Part shown: positions 9,072 to 19,880 of the stretch, in pieces
Position numbering within the stretch: position 1 is the stretch's first letter
Layout of the letters: the number at the start of each line of letters is the position of its first letter
Assembly (NCBI GenBank): GCA_039028615.1
Contig: JBCCHT010000007.1
Location: 128,001-192,000, forward strand
Reading direction: 5' to 3'
Source: Myxococcota bacterium
Lineage (GTDB): Bacteria; Myxococcota_A; Polyangia; Nannocystales; Nannocystaceae
Length of the DNA: 64,000 nucleotides
Translations under genes and position numbers: made by a program
Notes under the pieces: generated by a model
Databases searched by the model: none
Seen by the model: the letters and a program-made list of their open reading frames with translations, nothing else
Told to the model about the DNA's origin: nothing

Positions 9072-10558
9072 CAGTCCCGCGCCCCTTCCTGCGGCTCACG
9101 GGGCAGCGCGTGGCCGCTGCGGGCCGCGACCTCGGCCTCGGTATCCGTATAGGAGTGGCCCCCGCGCCCCACCGCCGCCGAGGCGGCCGCGCCCACCAGT
9201 CCGAGCGTCTCCCCCGAGTCGCGCGGACGGGGCTCGGGCGGACCGTGGCGGATCTTCTCGTTGACCACGTAGATCCACACGGCAAACAGCGCCATGTAGA
9301 CCAGCGCGAAGGCGATGAGCGAGATCAAGACCTGCTCGGCGGGCACCACCGCCGACACGGCATCGCGCGTGCGCAGCAGCCCGTAGACGACCCAGGGCTG
9401 ACGCCCCACCTCGGCCGCGACCCACCCGGTTTGGTTGGCGATATAGGGGCCGATGACCGCCACCACGAACGCCCACAGCAGCCAGCGCTGGTTGAATAGC
9501 CGCCCGCGCCACCACAGCACGAGCCCCAGCGTGGTCATGCCGATGAACAGCATGCCCAGCCCGACCATCACGTGATAGCTGAGGAAGGGCACCACCACGG
9601 GCGGGCGGTCTTCGGGCGGGAACTGGTCGAGGGCGGTCACGGGACGATCGAAGTCGTCGTAGACCAGGAAGCTGAGCATCTTGGGGATGGCGACGCCGTA
9701 GCGCACCTGTTGCGCCTCGACGTCGGGATACCCGAATAGCCACAGCTCGGTGCCGTGCTCGACCGTTTTGAAGTGCCCCTCGAAGGCGGCGAGCTTGGGC
9801 GGCTGGTTTTCCGCCACGGCTCGCGCCTGCGAGTGTCCGCTGACCAGCTCGCCCCACGACGCCAGCGCTCCCACCACCAACGCGATGGTGAAGCTGCGCT
9901 TGGCAAAGTCCTCGTGGCGGTGCTTGAGCAGGTACCAGGCGCTGATGCTCATCACGAAGAAGGCCCCCAGGATGAACGCGCCCAGCATGACGTGCCCGAG
10001 CCGATGCATCGACGAGGGGTTGAAGACCATCGTCCAGAAGTCGGTGATCTCGACCCGGAGCGCGCCCTCGTGCTCGACCAGGTGATAGCCGGCCGGGGTC
10101 TGCTGCCACGAGTTAGCGATGATGATCCAGACGGCCGAGAAGCACGACCCGAGGAACACCATCAAGGTGGCGAAGAAGTGCATGCGCGGGCCGACGCGGT
10201 TCCACCCGAACACCAAGACGGCGAGGAAGCCCGACTCCAAGAAGAACGCAAAGATGCCTTCGGCCGCCAACGCAGAGCCGAACACATCGCCCACGAAGCG
10301 CGAATAGGCGGCCCAGTTGGTGCCGAACTGGAATTCCATGGCGATGCCGCTGGCCACCCCCACCGCGAAGTTCACGGCGAAGATGCGCGTCCAGAAGCGA
10401 GTCATCGCTTCGTACTGTGGATCGCCCGTACGCAGGTACAGGCCCTCCATGATCACCATCAACAGCCCCAAGCCGATCGACAGCGGCGGGAACAGGTAAT
10501 GAAACATTACCGTCAGGGCAAACTGGGCACGAGACAACTCAACGAGGTCGAGGTCCAT
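9071..10558 (-). CDS. cydA: Cytochrome bd ubiquinol oxidase subunit I
   Basis: [36 protein letters not shown] and EVGRQPW motifs. Confidence 0.97.
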   Translation of the reverse strand: MDLDLVELSRAQFALTVMFHYLFPPLSIGLGLLMVIMEGLYLRTGDPQYEAMTRFWTRIFAVNFAVGVASGIAMEFQFGTNWAAYSRFVGDVFGSALAAEGIFAFFLESGFLAVLVFGWNRVGPRMHFFATLMVFLGSCFSAVWIIIANSWQQTPAGYHLVEHEGALRVEITDFWTMVFNPSSMHRLGHVMLGAFILGAFFVMSISAWYLLKHRHEDFAKRSFTIALVVGALASWGELVSGHSQARAVAENQPPKLAAFEGHFKTVEHGTELWLFGYPDVEAQQVRYGVAIPKMLSFLVYDDFDRPVTALDQFPPEDRPPVVVPFLSYHVMVGLGMLFIGMTTLGLVLWWRGRLFNQRWLLWAFVVAVIGPYIANQTGWVAAEVGRQPWVVYGLLRTRDAVSAVVPAEQVLISLIAFALVYMALFAVWIYVVNEKIRHGPPEPRPRDSGETLGLVGAAASAAVGRGGHSYTDTEAEVAARSGHALPREPQEGARD

Positions 10559-11501
10559 CGTGATCCTTCATTGGGCACCATAGCAGTCGCGATCATGCGG
10601 GCAACTCGGTGGCAATGCGGCTGGACGCTCGCGTCGACGACGACGAACGAGGGCCTCGAAGACGTCGATGAGACGACGGACTCGACGGGTTGCGTTCGCC
10701 GCAGCCGTGGGCGACCGAGCATCGTGATGGTTCTCCACTCGTCGACCTCCAACGCCGCCGCCAGCACGCGTCGACACCAGTCACTCGGCTCGAGCTCCGC
10801 CGACGATCTCTCGGCGCGCACCTCCAGAAAAAACCCGGCCGCCTCGCGACGCGAACCCGAAGGCCCGTTGGGCGCACGTCATTGACGAAGGCGAGCCCAC
10901 ATCACGATCGCGCGCGCGCAACCGGACGATGCGGGACCGACGGGAGCGAAACGAGTAGTCCACCAAGCACCTCGGGCACGAATTTCGGCCCTCCGCATCA
11001 CCGACCCTTCGTCGATACGCAATACGGGCGGCCGGGTGCACCGCGCCCGTGAACCGAGCGATGGGCAGAGGCAACGAACCCTCTGGATGCGGAGCCGTGG
11101 CGCCACCATCGACCGGGAATCACGGGGGTTTCCGACCCCCAGCGGATCGCTTGGGACCACGAATCATCAGTTTTCACCGACGGAAAACTCGTATCTACAA
11201 ATACAGCTCAAACCGTGTTCGTCGACTTCCAGCCACCCGAACCGAGCGCTCGAGCGTCCCGTTCATGAACCGATTTGCAACGTTCAGCCCTTGGCCAATC
11301 GCTTTTGATCGCTTGGTTAGCAAGATCGCGATCCGAGCAAATTTGCGTCGTAGGCGGTGCTACGAGCCATTCTCCGCGGTTTTATGCTTGCGGGAGCCCG
11401 ATGTAGTCCGGTAGGCTCGATGTGGCTCCGGGTACGTATTGTTAGCACCGTTAGATGTACCCGTCGTCACTGCCTCTCGTCCCTTCAATCGGAGCCGTGT
11501 G

Positions 11502-12947
11502 ATGTTTGCCGTCCGTCCCAAAACCGACACGCTCGCCCGTGTTTTTGTACCGACCCTCGCCCTGAGTCTGTTGGCCATCGCTGTCCCCCCCACGGCGTCG
11601 GCCACTGAGCCGGAGGACGACCTCCGTCCCGCGACGTGGGACATGACCGTCGAAGAGCTGCAGGAGATTGGCCTCGGTCAATACCGAGGCGACCCGGTCC
11701 CCGTCCCTTCGCACCTCCCCCATCGTCGCATCCCCGGCACCCCCCCCGAGCACGCGACGCAAGGCCGCATCTTCGTCAACTTCGACGGCGCCAACCTGAC
11801 CAGTGGCGGCGACAACTCGCAGACGAACACCACGCAGATCGGCCAGCTCGTAGGCAACTTCGCGGCCTACGGCGCGGGTGAGAAGCGAGCGGCGGTGATG
11901 CAAGCGGTGCGGGCCGACTGGGAAGCGTACGACGTCATCGTGACCGACACCCGCCCCGCGTCGGGCGACTACACGATGAACATGACCGGGCCCACCAACC
12001 CCTTCGGGGGCGGCGTGCTGGGCATCGCTCCGGTCGACTGCGGCGACGCGCAGACCCACAACAACATCACCTACGCGTTCCACAGCTCGAGCGACTCGTT
12101 CTCGGCTGCGGTCACGGCCACCACCATCGGCCAGGAGGTGGCGCACTCGTACGGCCTCGAGCACGTCGACGAGCCGGGCGACATCATGAACCCGTTCAAC
12201 GCGGGTGGCGACGCGGCGTTCACCGACAACTGCATCGCGATCGTTCAGAACCTGTACTGCCCCAACCAGCACCAGGCCGAGTGCGGGGTGAACAACATGC
12301 AGAACTCCCACGCGGAGTTGATGACCCTGTTCGGCCCCTCCGAGCCGGACACGGCCGCGCCCACGGTGGAGATCACGTATCCCTCCGACGGTGACACCTT
12401 CCCCACCGGGTCGAGCTTCACCATCATGGTGACGGCCAACGACGACCAGGCCATCGACTCGGTCACCCTGTACTCCAACGATGCCGAGCAAGGGGCCGAC
12501 GGCTCCGAGCCCTACGGGTGGGACGTCGACAGCATCCCGGCCGGCACCTACTCGTTCCACGTCGTGGCCGTCGACACCGGCGGCAACGAGACGCTCAGCA
12601 ACACCGTGACCATCGAGGTCGGCGACGACCTGCCCCCGCCCGACGACGATGGCGGTGGCGGTGACGATGGAGGCGGCGGCGACGATGGTGGTGACGGAGG
12701 CGGCGATGGCGGCGACGGCGGCGGCAGTGGTGCCGACGACGGAGGCGGTGGAGATGGGGCCGGCGACGATGGGCCCGTCGATCCCGATGACGACGGCGCG
12801 CTGCCTCCCGGCTTCGGCCAAGACTTCGGCGACGACGGCAGCGCGGCAGGATGCACCTGCCGGAACAACGGTTCGTCCGGTGGCGGCCTGCTTGGACTGT
12901 TCGGCCTATTGATGCTCGGAACCATCCGACGCCGTCGGGGGTCGTGA
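11502..12947 (+). CDS. Secreted matrixin-like metallopeptidase domain + bacterial Ig-like domain + MYXO-CTERM anchor
   Basis: Signal peptide; QEVAHSYGLEH...DIMNP; PTVEITYPSDG Big domain; Gly/Asp linker; GCTC...LLGLFGLLMLGTIRRRR. Confidence 0.85.
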   Translation: MFAVRPKTDTLARVFVPTLALSLLAIAVPPTASATEPEDDLRPATWDMTVEELQEIGLGQYRGDPVPVPSHLPHRRIPGTPPEHATQGRIFVNFDGANLTSGGDNSQTNTTQIGQLVGNFAAYGAGEKRAAVMQAVRADWEAYDVIVTDTRPASGDYTMNMTGPTNPFGGGVLGIAPVDCGDAQTHNNITYAFHSSSDSFSAAVTATTIGQEVAHSYGLEHVDEPGDIMNPFNAGGDAAFTDNCIAIVQNLYCPNQHQAECGVNNMQNSHAELMTLFGPSEPDTAAPTVEITYPSDGDTFPTGSSFTIMVTANDDQAIDSVTLYSNDAEQGADGSEPYGWDVDSIPAGTYSFHVVAVDTGGNETLSNTVTIEVGDDLPPPDDDGGGGDDGGGGDDGGDGGGDGGDGGGSGADDGGGGDGAGDDGPVDPDDDGALPPGFGQDFGDDGSAAGCTCRNNGSSGGGLLGLFGLLMLGTIRRRRGS

Positions 12948-12984
12948 GCTAGCCGCTCCGAACCGCGTTATTCGAGCATTCCAT

Positions 12985-13030
12985 CGACGCCGCCCTCCGG
13001 TCTGCACCCGGTCGGCGGCGTCGTTCGTTT
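12985..13030 (+). terminator. Intrinsic terminator
   Basis: CGACGCCGCC..CCGG-loop-CCGG..GGCGGCGTCG stem followed by TTCGTTT, just after the stop at 12947. Confidence 0.7.
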
Positions 13031-13148
13031 GATCGATCGACCGAGCCCTGGTGCCAATCGTCGCGATCCGCCCGGTTCACCGATCCAGGGCGCGGCGATC
13101 TCGAAATCGCCTGATAGACTCGTGGTCACCCTCCGAGGAGCTGCCTGC

Positions 13149-16100
13149 ATGGCCAAAGCACCCGTGGTGAAGGCACCCAGCGACGAACGCAAAGATCGAA
13201 GAACCCGGTTCGCCTCTGGCCCGGGTCCGATGCGGATGCCGTCGCCCCCCACCGTCAGCCCACCCAACACGGCCCCCAAACCTCCCGTCGCCAAAGCACC
13301 TGTCGCGGTTCCCCCGACGGCCAAGAAGGCCGCACCGATTCCGGCCAAGCCCGTCGCTCCCGCGAAGCCGGTCGCGCCCGTGGCTCGGCCAAAGCCCGAC
13401 ATCAAGAAGACGCAGATGCTCATGGGCGCACCGCCCATGCCCGGCGCACCGCCCAAACCCGCGGCGCCACCCCGGCCGGCCGCACCCGCGCCGAGCGTGT
13501 CGGCGGCCACGCTCGCCAAGCGCAACACCGCGTCGGTCGTGCATCGACCGCAGGTGACCTCGGGCACCAACACCAACGACGGTCTGCCATCGCATCAAGA
13601 GACCGCCATCGGTCCCGCTCCGCTGCCGCCCACGCCTTCGCCCAAGCCCGCCACCAAGACGGCGCCTCCGATCGCTCCCGCTCCGGCCGTCGTCGCGGCT
13701 GCGCCCGCGCTCGAGCAAAAGTCGTCCTACGACGACCTCTACTCCGGCGAGCCCACGCTCAAGGCGAACCTCGACGGGCCCGAGGCCGCGGCCATGCGCG
13801 ACGCGTTGCTCGAGCGGGACACCATGGTGCCCACGGGCCCCAACACGCCCACGAGCCCGGTGTCGCCCGCTTCGCGAGCCCACCACGACACGCTGCCCAA
13901 TACCGGCGCGCAGGGTGGCCCCACGCTGAACTCGGCGCCCCGGCGCGGGCTGGGTGTCGCCGACACGCAGTACCAACTCGACGAAGGCTACGCCGAGCCC
14001 GAAGCGCGGGCGTCCACCGAAGCCCTGCCTCCGGAACGAGGCGAGCGCGCGGGCACCCAGATGCACGGCACGCAGGGCCTGTCGGCCCCCGCCGCCGAAG
14101 CACCCAAGATCCGCCTCACGCCCGGCCGCAACATCCCGGGCACTCGCTACCGCATCAAGAAGTGGCTGGGCGAAGGCGGCATGGGTGTCGTGTACGAGGT
14201 CGAGCACATCGACATCGAGCGCCGCTCCGCACTGAAGATCCTGCGCTTCGACCTGAGCCAGCAGCCACAGATGGCCCAGGTCTTCCGCGACGAGGCCCGG
14301 GCCGCCAGTCGCCTCGGCTCGCCCAACATCGTCGAGGTCTACGACTTCGGCGAGCTCCCCGACGGCCGGCTCTTCTTCGCGATGGAGCTGATCGAGGGCG
14401 TCGACCTGGTCCCCGCCAACGAGCAGACCAGCATGGACTCGGCGCGGGTCATCGCAATCATGCGCCAGGTCTGTAAGGGCTTGGCCAAGGCGCACGAGGC
14501 CGGGGTCGTCCACCGCGACGTCAAGCCCGAGAACATCATCATCTCCGAGATCGACAACCGGGCCGACACGGCGAAGATCGTCGACTTCGGCATCTCGGCC
14601 ATGCTCGCCGCGGGCGAGCGACGGGCGGGCATCGCCGGTACGCCGCACTACATGGCGCCCGAGCAGATCCTCGGCGAGGAGTTCGATGGGCGCCTCGACA
14701 TCTATGCCCTGGGCTGCACCGCGTACGAGCTGATGGTCGGCATGCCGCCCTTCGACGCCGACGCGGTCGAGGAGATCCTCAAGCTCCAAGTGCACCAGGC
14801 TCCCATGGCGCCCAGCCAGCGGCGGCCCGACGTCGAGTACCCGCCTCAGCTCGAGGCGGTGATCATGCGCTGCCTCGCCAAGCGACCCGAGGAGCGCTAC
14901 GCCAACATGGCCGACCTCGAGGCCGCGCTGTGCGAGGCCCAGATCGCCGCGGGCATCGTCACCGCCTGGGACGACCTGCCCGTCCCCCCGCTGCCCGATA
15001 CCGATCGCTACGAGCGAATCGTGGCGGGCATGCCCTCCGACACCTACACGCCGGAGAAGCGCTCGCTGCTGTGGCCCATCGTCGCCGCCACCAGCACCCT
15101 GGCCGCGGCCGGGCTGGCGGCGTTCCTCATCTTCGGGGGACAGCCGACCGACGAGGACAAGAACCGCGTCGAGCAGATCATCAACGAGGCCCGGGACTCC
15201 GCGTCCAAGGCGGCCTGGGTGGTGCCTCCGCCCAACCTCGAGAGCGACCAGACCACCCTGCTCAAGGTGCAGGAGCTCGAGGCCATCGAGGGCTCGGCCG
15301 AGACCCTGGCCGACGACAGCGCGCAAGAGCTCCGCGACGAGTTCGCCAACACGCTCGTCGGGCACGGCGACCAGCTGTGGGACGTCGCGCGCAACATCTC
15401 GCAGCAGTACTACGTCTGGGCCTGGCTCTTCGATCCGAGCAACGACCGCGCCCTCGAGCGCTCCGGTCTCGACCCCTTCACCCTCAGCAACTACCGCAAG
15501 CGGGCGCTGGCAGGTGAGTTCAACGAGCTCGACCGCATGCTCGCCGGTACTGCGGCGGTGAGCGTCGTCGAGGACGAGGATCAGAAGGCCGAGATCACCG
15601 AGGCGATCAACGAGACCCTCGAGGAGTCGGAGAACATCTCGCCGCTGGCCATCGCCTCGGTGGAGCGCGACGCCGACAAGGCGGGCATCGAGCTGCCTCG
15701 TACCCGGCGTGGCTCGGGAGCGGGTCGCCCCAGCCGACGCGACGACGACCGCGATGCCGCCGCGGCACCAGCCGCCGTCGAAGAACCCGAGCCCGAGCCC
15801 GAAGAGGAGATCGTCGTCGCCGAGCCCGAGCCCGAACCCGAACCCGAGCCCGCCCCCGAACCGGTGGACACCCGGGCCGAGGCGGGCAAGAAGAAGCGCC
15901 GCACCAAGGCCAGCGCCAGCCTCGGCGACAGCGGGGGCAAGCGCGACCCCGCCCGCTCCAAAGAGCTCACCCAGCAGGCCGACAGCAAGCGGAAGAAGGG
16001 CCTACGCAAGGAAGCCAAGGCGCTATACGGGCAGGCGATCGCCGCCACCCCGGGCAACGGCGAGGCCCACCTCGGGCTCGCGCTGGTGCACTTCGACCAG

Positions 16101-16304
16101 GGCTCGTACCACAAGGCTCGCAAGTCGGCGCAGCAGGCCGTGCGCCACTCGCCTCGTAACGGACGAGCCCACAAGACGCTCGGCGACGCCTTCTACAAGG
16201 AGTTCCGCTACGACGATGCGCTCAAGGCCTACCAAGAGGCCGAGCGCCTCGGGCAGAACGTCGGGCGCCGCATCGCCGACGTGAACAAGAAGCTCGGCAA
16301 GTAG
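13149..16304 (+). CDS. Membrane Ser/Thr protein kinase with Pro-rich N-terminal region and C-terminal TPR domain
   Basis: GAGGAG RBS; LGEGGMGVVY, ALKIL, HRDVKPEN, DFG and GTPHYMAPE; one TM; TPR repeats at the C-terminus. Confidence 0.93.
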   Translation: MAKAPVVKAPSDERKDRRTRFASGPGPMRMPSPPTVSPPNTAPKPPVAKAPVAVPPTAKKAAPIPAKPVAPAKPVAPVARPKPDIKKTQMLMGAPPMPGAPPKPAAPPRPAAPAPSVSAATLAKRNTASVVHRPQVTSGTNTNDGLPSHQETAIGPAPLPPTPSPKPATKTAPPIAPAPAVVAAAPALEQKSSYDDLYSGEPTLKANLDGPEAAAMRDALLERDTMVPTGPNTPTSPVSPASRAHHDTLPNTGAQGGPTLNSAPRRGLGVADTQYQLDEGYAEPEARASTEALPPERGERAGTQMHGTQGLSAPAAEAPKIRLTPGRNIPGTRYRIKKWLGEGGMGVVYEVEHIDIERRSALKILRFDLSQQPQMAQVFRDEARAASRLGSPNIVEVYDFGELPDGRLFFAMELIEGVDLVPANEQTSMDSARVIAIMRQVCKGLAKAHEAGVVHRDVKPENIIISEIDNRADTAKIVDFGISAMLAAGERRAGIAGTPHYMAPEQILGEEFDGRLDIYALGCTAYELMVGMPPFDADAVEEILKLQVHQAPMAPSQRRPDVEYPPQLEAVIMRCLAKRPEERYANMADLEAALCEAQIAAGIVTAWDDLPVPPLPDTDRYERIVAGMPSDTYTPEKRSLLWPIVAATSTLAAAGLAAFLIFGGQPTDEDKNRVEQIINEARDSASKAAWVVPPPNLESDQTTLLKVQELEAIEGSAETLADDSAQELRDEFANTLVGHGDQLWDVARNISQQYYVWAWLFDPSNDRALERSGLDPFTLSNYRKRALAGEFNELDRMLAGTAAVSVVEDEDQKAEITEAINETLEESENISPLAIASVERDADKAGIELPRTRRGSGAGRPSRRDDDRDAAAAPAAVEEPEPEPEEEIVVAEPEPEPEPEPAPEPVDTRAEAGKKKRRTKASASLGDSGGKRDPARSKELTQQADSKRKKGLRKEAKALYGQAIAATPGNGEAHLGLALVHFDQGSYHKARKSAQQAVRHSPRNGRAHKTLGDAFYKEFRYDDALKAYQEAERLGQNVGRRIADVNKKLGK

Positions 16305-16372
16305 CCCCGAGCTTCACACTCACTCCATCGCCGCACGCGGTCGCATCAGGACCCGTGCGGCGATTCGCATGG

Positions 16373-17809
16373 TTAGAACGGATTACAGAAGCCGCCGCTG
16401 CACAGGCCCTCGCAGCAATCGGAGCTGCTGCTGCAGGGCCCGGTGAACGAGCAGTTGTCACAGCCCGAGGTGTCGAAGTCGCAGCTGGCGTTGCAGGTCA
16501 GGATGCCGAAACCGAGCCCCTGGCTGATGCAGGTCTCTCCGCCGAGATTCCCTCCGTCGCAATCCTCTCCGGGGTCGATGTTGCCATCGCCACACCCGAA
16601 GCAACCGCTCGTGTCGAGCGCACAGCTGGCGGTGCAGCTCAGGAAGCCGCCGCCGAAGCCCTGGTTGACGCACGTCGCCCCGCCGAGGTTGCCCCCGTCG
16701 CACTGCTCCCCGGGATCGACGCTGCCGTCGCCACACTCGAAGCAGCCGCTGGTGTCGATGGCACAGCCGGCAGTGCAGCTCAGCGCCCCGCCGTCGAAGC
16801 CCTGGTTGGCGCACGTGGCCCCGCCGAAGCTGCCACCGTCGCACTGTTCGCCAGGATTGACGCTGCCGTCGCCACACTCGTAGCAGCCGTTGGTGTCGAA
16901 GGCACAGCCCGCGGTGCAGCCCAGCGACCCGCCGTCGAATCCCTGGCCGACACAGTTCGCGCCGCCCAGGGCCGCGCCGTCGCACTGCTCCCCGGGGTCG
17001 ATGCTCCCGTCGCCGCACTCGAAGCAGCCGCTGGTGTCGAAGGCACATGTGCCGTTGCAAGCCAGGGTGCCGCCGTCGAAGCCCAGGCCGAGGCAGTTGG
17101 CCGCGCCCACGTTCTCGCCATCGCACTGCTCGCCCGGGTCGATGCTCCCGTCGCCGCAGCTGAAGCAGCCGCTGGTGTCGAAGCTCGTGCAGCTGTCCGC
17201 GCAGGCGAGCGTGCCTCCGTCGAAGCCCTGGGACATGCAGGTCTCCCCGCCGAGGTCGGTGCCGTCGCAGACGTCCGCGCCGTCGATCCCGTCGCCGTTG
17301 CAGGTGGGGGACTCGCACTGCGATGCGTCGAAGTTGCACTCGGCGTCGCAGCTCAGCGTGCCGCCCACGAAGGGCGTATTGGCCGACTCGCCGAAGGACA
17401 CGCAGTCCTCACCCGCCAGGTCGGTGCCGTCGCAGTCCTCTCCGCCTTCGATGACGCCGTCGCCACACCCGTCCACCGAAGTGGTGGAGCCCATGTCGTC
17501 GGTGTCCGTCTCCATCCCGGCCGTGGTCGGATCGGCGGTAGTCGTCGAGTCGACCCCGGCACTCCCCGAGCTGTCGACGGGAGGTGTCGGCGTTCCGGTG
17601 CTCGACGAATCCACGACGGGGGTGGCCGCCGTCGTCGTGGTCGGATCCGTGTCCTCCGTGGTCTCGCCACCGAGGCTCGGGTTGAAGCATCCGGCTGCGA
17701 GCAATCCGACCGGAAGCAGGAGCAACGGCGCGAATCCGCACCGCGAGAGGAGACGCCGCCCGCTGCGATTGGCCACGTCGTTTCTGGGGGATCGCTCGCG
17801 CACACTCAT
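16373..17809 (-). CDS. Cys-rich repeat lipoprotein (myxobacterial CGDG..EqCDG repeats)
   Basis: Lipobox AAGC, Thr/Ser linker, seven ~47-aa six-Cys repeats. Confidence 0.88.
   Translation of the reverse strand: MSVRERSPRNDVANRSGRRLLSRCGFAPLLLLPVGLLAAGCFNPSLGGETTEDTDPTTTTAATPVVDSSSTGTPTPPVDSSGSAGVDSTTTADPTTAGMETDTDDMGSTTSVDGCGDGVIEGGEDCDGTDLAGEDCVSFGESANTPFVGGTLSCDAECNFDASQCESPTCNGDGIDGADVCDGTDLGGETCMSQGFDGGTLACADSCTSFDTSGCFSCGDGSIDPGEQCDGENVGAANCLGLGFDGGTLACNGTCAFDTSGCFECGDGSIDPGEQCDGAALGGANCVGQGFDGGSLGCTAGCAFDTNGCYECGDGSVNPGEQCDGGSFGGATCANQGFDGGALSCTAGCAIDTSGCFECGDGSVDPGEQCDGGNLGGATCVNQGFGGGFLSCTASCALDTSGCFGCGDGNIDPGEDCDGGNLGGETCISQGLGFGILTCNASCDFDTSGCDNCSFTGPCSSSSDCCEGLCSGGFCNPF
16450..17468 (-). 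repeat. Coding tandem repeat, 7 units of ~141 bp
   Basis: Unit CGDGSIDPGEQCDG..lGgatC..QGFDGGtL.C...C.FDTSGCFe is visible at both protein and DNA level. Confidence 0.85.
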
Positions 17810-18035
17810 GGGAAGCGTCGAGGGTAGCCGGTCCTGCGCAGGGCGCTAGGGCGAGGGCCGAGACCCAACTCAATTGTCGACCGCCCCGGCGACCACGCGT
17901 CGTCGCACACCCGCTCGCGTGCGACCGTTTGGACCTCGTTTGCGCCGCAGCTGGCGCGACGTCGGTGCGGACCAGGAGCAATCGCGGACAACGACCGAGC
18001 GTTCGAGACCAACCGAGGGCAGATGGGCTCGTCGC

Positions 18036-19880
18036 TCAGCTCGCCGGGGGGACGATGCTGGGCTGGCTCAGTTCGTCGTCCTCGTACTCGTCCTCGTCGC
18101 CCGCGTCGAATGCCCCGGCCGCAGTAGGAGCCGTAAACCAGAACACCGAACCTCGCGGGCGATTGGCATCCACGCCGACCTGCCCGTCCATCGCCTCGAT
18201 GAGGTGCTTGACGATCGCGAGCCCCAGCCCGGTGCCGCCCTGCTGCCGCGCTCGCCCCGAGTCCACCCGATAGAAGCGCTCGAAGACCCGCCGATGGTGT
18301 CGAAGATCGATGCCCGGGCCATCGTCGCGGACCTCGATCTTGAGCCGCGCCGGAGTGCCATCGTCCAGCCTCTCGAGCACGACCGCGTCCACAACCACCC
18401 GGCCGCCTTTTTGCGTGTACTTGATGGCGTTGGAGATCAGGTTGACCAGCACCTGCTCGAGCGCCTCGTCGTCACTGGCCACCCAGTGCTCGCCCTCCAG
18501 GGCGTTCTTCACCACCATCTCGCGATCCTCGGCCTGGGAGGCCAGCGCGACGATGGTGCGATCGACCATCTCCACCAGATCGATGGGCCCGATCTCCAGG
18601 TCGTAGCGCCCCGCCTCGATCCGCGAGATGTCGAGCAGGTCCGCCACCAGTCGCCCCATGCGGTCGGCGTGACGCGCCAGGGCATTGAGGAACACGGTCG
18701 CCCGCTCGGGGTCGTTGATCGCGCCCGCCAAGAGCGTCTCCGCGTTGGCCTGGATCACCGCCACGGGCGTGCGCAGCTCGTGCGAGACGTTGGCGACGAA
18801 GTCCTTGCGAATCGTCTCGAGCCGACGCAGCTCGGTCACGTCCCGCATCACCACCACGGTGCCCTTGCCCTGCCGCGAGATGGTCGCCTGAGCGAAGAGC
18901 CGACGTCGTGGCCGAACGCCGTAGTCGAACTCGATCGTGGCCGGTGCACCCGGCTCGACGCGATCGAGCAGCTCCTGCAGCGCGGGGACCCGGACGTAGT
19001 CCAGCAGCGAACGACCGATCACCGCGTCCGGCAGAGACAGCAGCTCGCGCGCCGCTCGGTTGACCGTGTCCAGCCGTCGCTGCGCGTCGAGTCCGAGCAC
19101 CGCCTGCCCCATGGTCTCGAGCACAGCCTCGAATCGCTCGCGCTCCGCTCCCAGCAGCCGCACCGTTCGGCGTAGGTCGTAGGCGATGCTGTTGACGGAG
19201 GCCGGCTCGTCATCGTCGTCGGTCGCCTCCGGTACCGCGCCCGCCTCGTGCTGGGCCGTCTCGACCAGGCGTCGAAGGCTGCGGGAGAAGAGCCGGGAGG
19301 CCAGCGCCGCCAGCAACACCGCCCCGGCAATCGCGACCAGGCCCGCCAGCAACAAGATGATTCGGAGCTCGCGGACCGCTTCGTCGATCTGCGACAGCGG
19401 CAGGCTCGCTCTCACCACCCGGTGACTGCGGTCGTTGACCCGCAGCGCGACGTAGAGCATGTCGGCCCCGACCGTCACGCTCCGACGCTGCGCCGTCCCG
19501 ATGTTCCCCAGGCGGGCCGCCACGACCTCGGCCCGGGTGCTGTGATCCTCGGCCTCCTTCAGCGCATGCAGCCCCACCTGCGAATCGGCCACCAGCGCTC
19601 CCTGGGGGCCGATGACCGAGATCCGAGCCTCCATGGCCGTACCGAGCCGGTCGGCCACGGGATCGAGCACCGCTCGAACCTCCTCCGGCTCGGTCTGGTC
19701 CTCGGCCATGCCATCGATCGTCTCGCCCATCGCCCGCGCGTGGCGGGTCAGCTCGGCGACGAAGCGCTCGTGCAGCTCGCTGCGGAGCTGCACCTCGAGG
19801 AACAGGCCGACACCGAGGCCGACCACCATGATCACCGCCAGCGATGACAACAACAGGCGGCGTCGAAAGCCGAAGTTCAC
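18036..19880 (-). CDS. phoR: PhoR-like sensor histidine kinase
   Basis: Two TMs; DHSTRAEV periplasmic motif; PAS; FVANVSHELRTP; FERFYRVD.GRAR..GGTGLGLAIVKH. Confidence 0.8.
   Translation of the reverse strand: MNFGFRRRLLLSSLAVIMVVGLGVGLFLEVQLRSELHERFVAELTRHARAMGETIDGMAEDQTEPEEVRAVLDPVADRLGTAMEARISVIGPQGALVADSQVGLHALKEAEDHSTRAEVVAARLGNIGTAQRRSVTVGADMLYVALRVNDRSHRVVRASLPLSQIDEAVRELRIILLLAGLVAIAGAVLLAALASRLFSRSLRRLVETAQHEAGAVPEATDDDDEPASVNSIAYDLRRTVRLLGAERERFEAVLETMGQAVLGLDAQRRLDTVNRAARELLSLPDAVIGRSLLDYVRVPALQELLDRVEPGAPATIEFDYGVRPRRRLFAQATISRQGKGTVVVMRDVTELRRLETIRKDFVANVSHELRTPVAVIQANAETLLAGAINDPERATVFLNALARHADRMGRLVADLLDISRIEAGRYDLEIGPIDLVEMVDRTIVALASQAEDREMVVKNALEGEHWVASDDEALEQVLVNLISNAIKYTQKGGRVVVDAVVLERLDDGTPARLKIEVRDDGPGIDLRHHRRVFERFYRVDSGRARQQGGTGLGLAIVKHLIEAMDGQVGVDANRPRGSVFWFTAPTAAGAFDAGDEDEYEDDELSQPSIVPPAS

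Noticed and set aside
16450..17468. Regularly spaced DNA repeats as a possible CRISPR array or DGR template
   Set aside because: In-frame coding repeats with synonymous variation; no unique spacers, cas genes or reverse transcriptase
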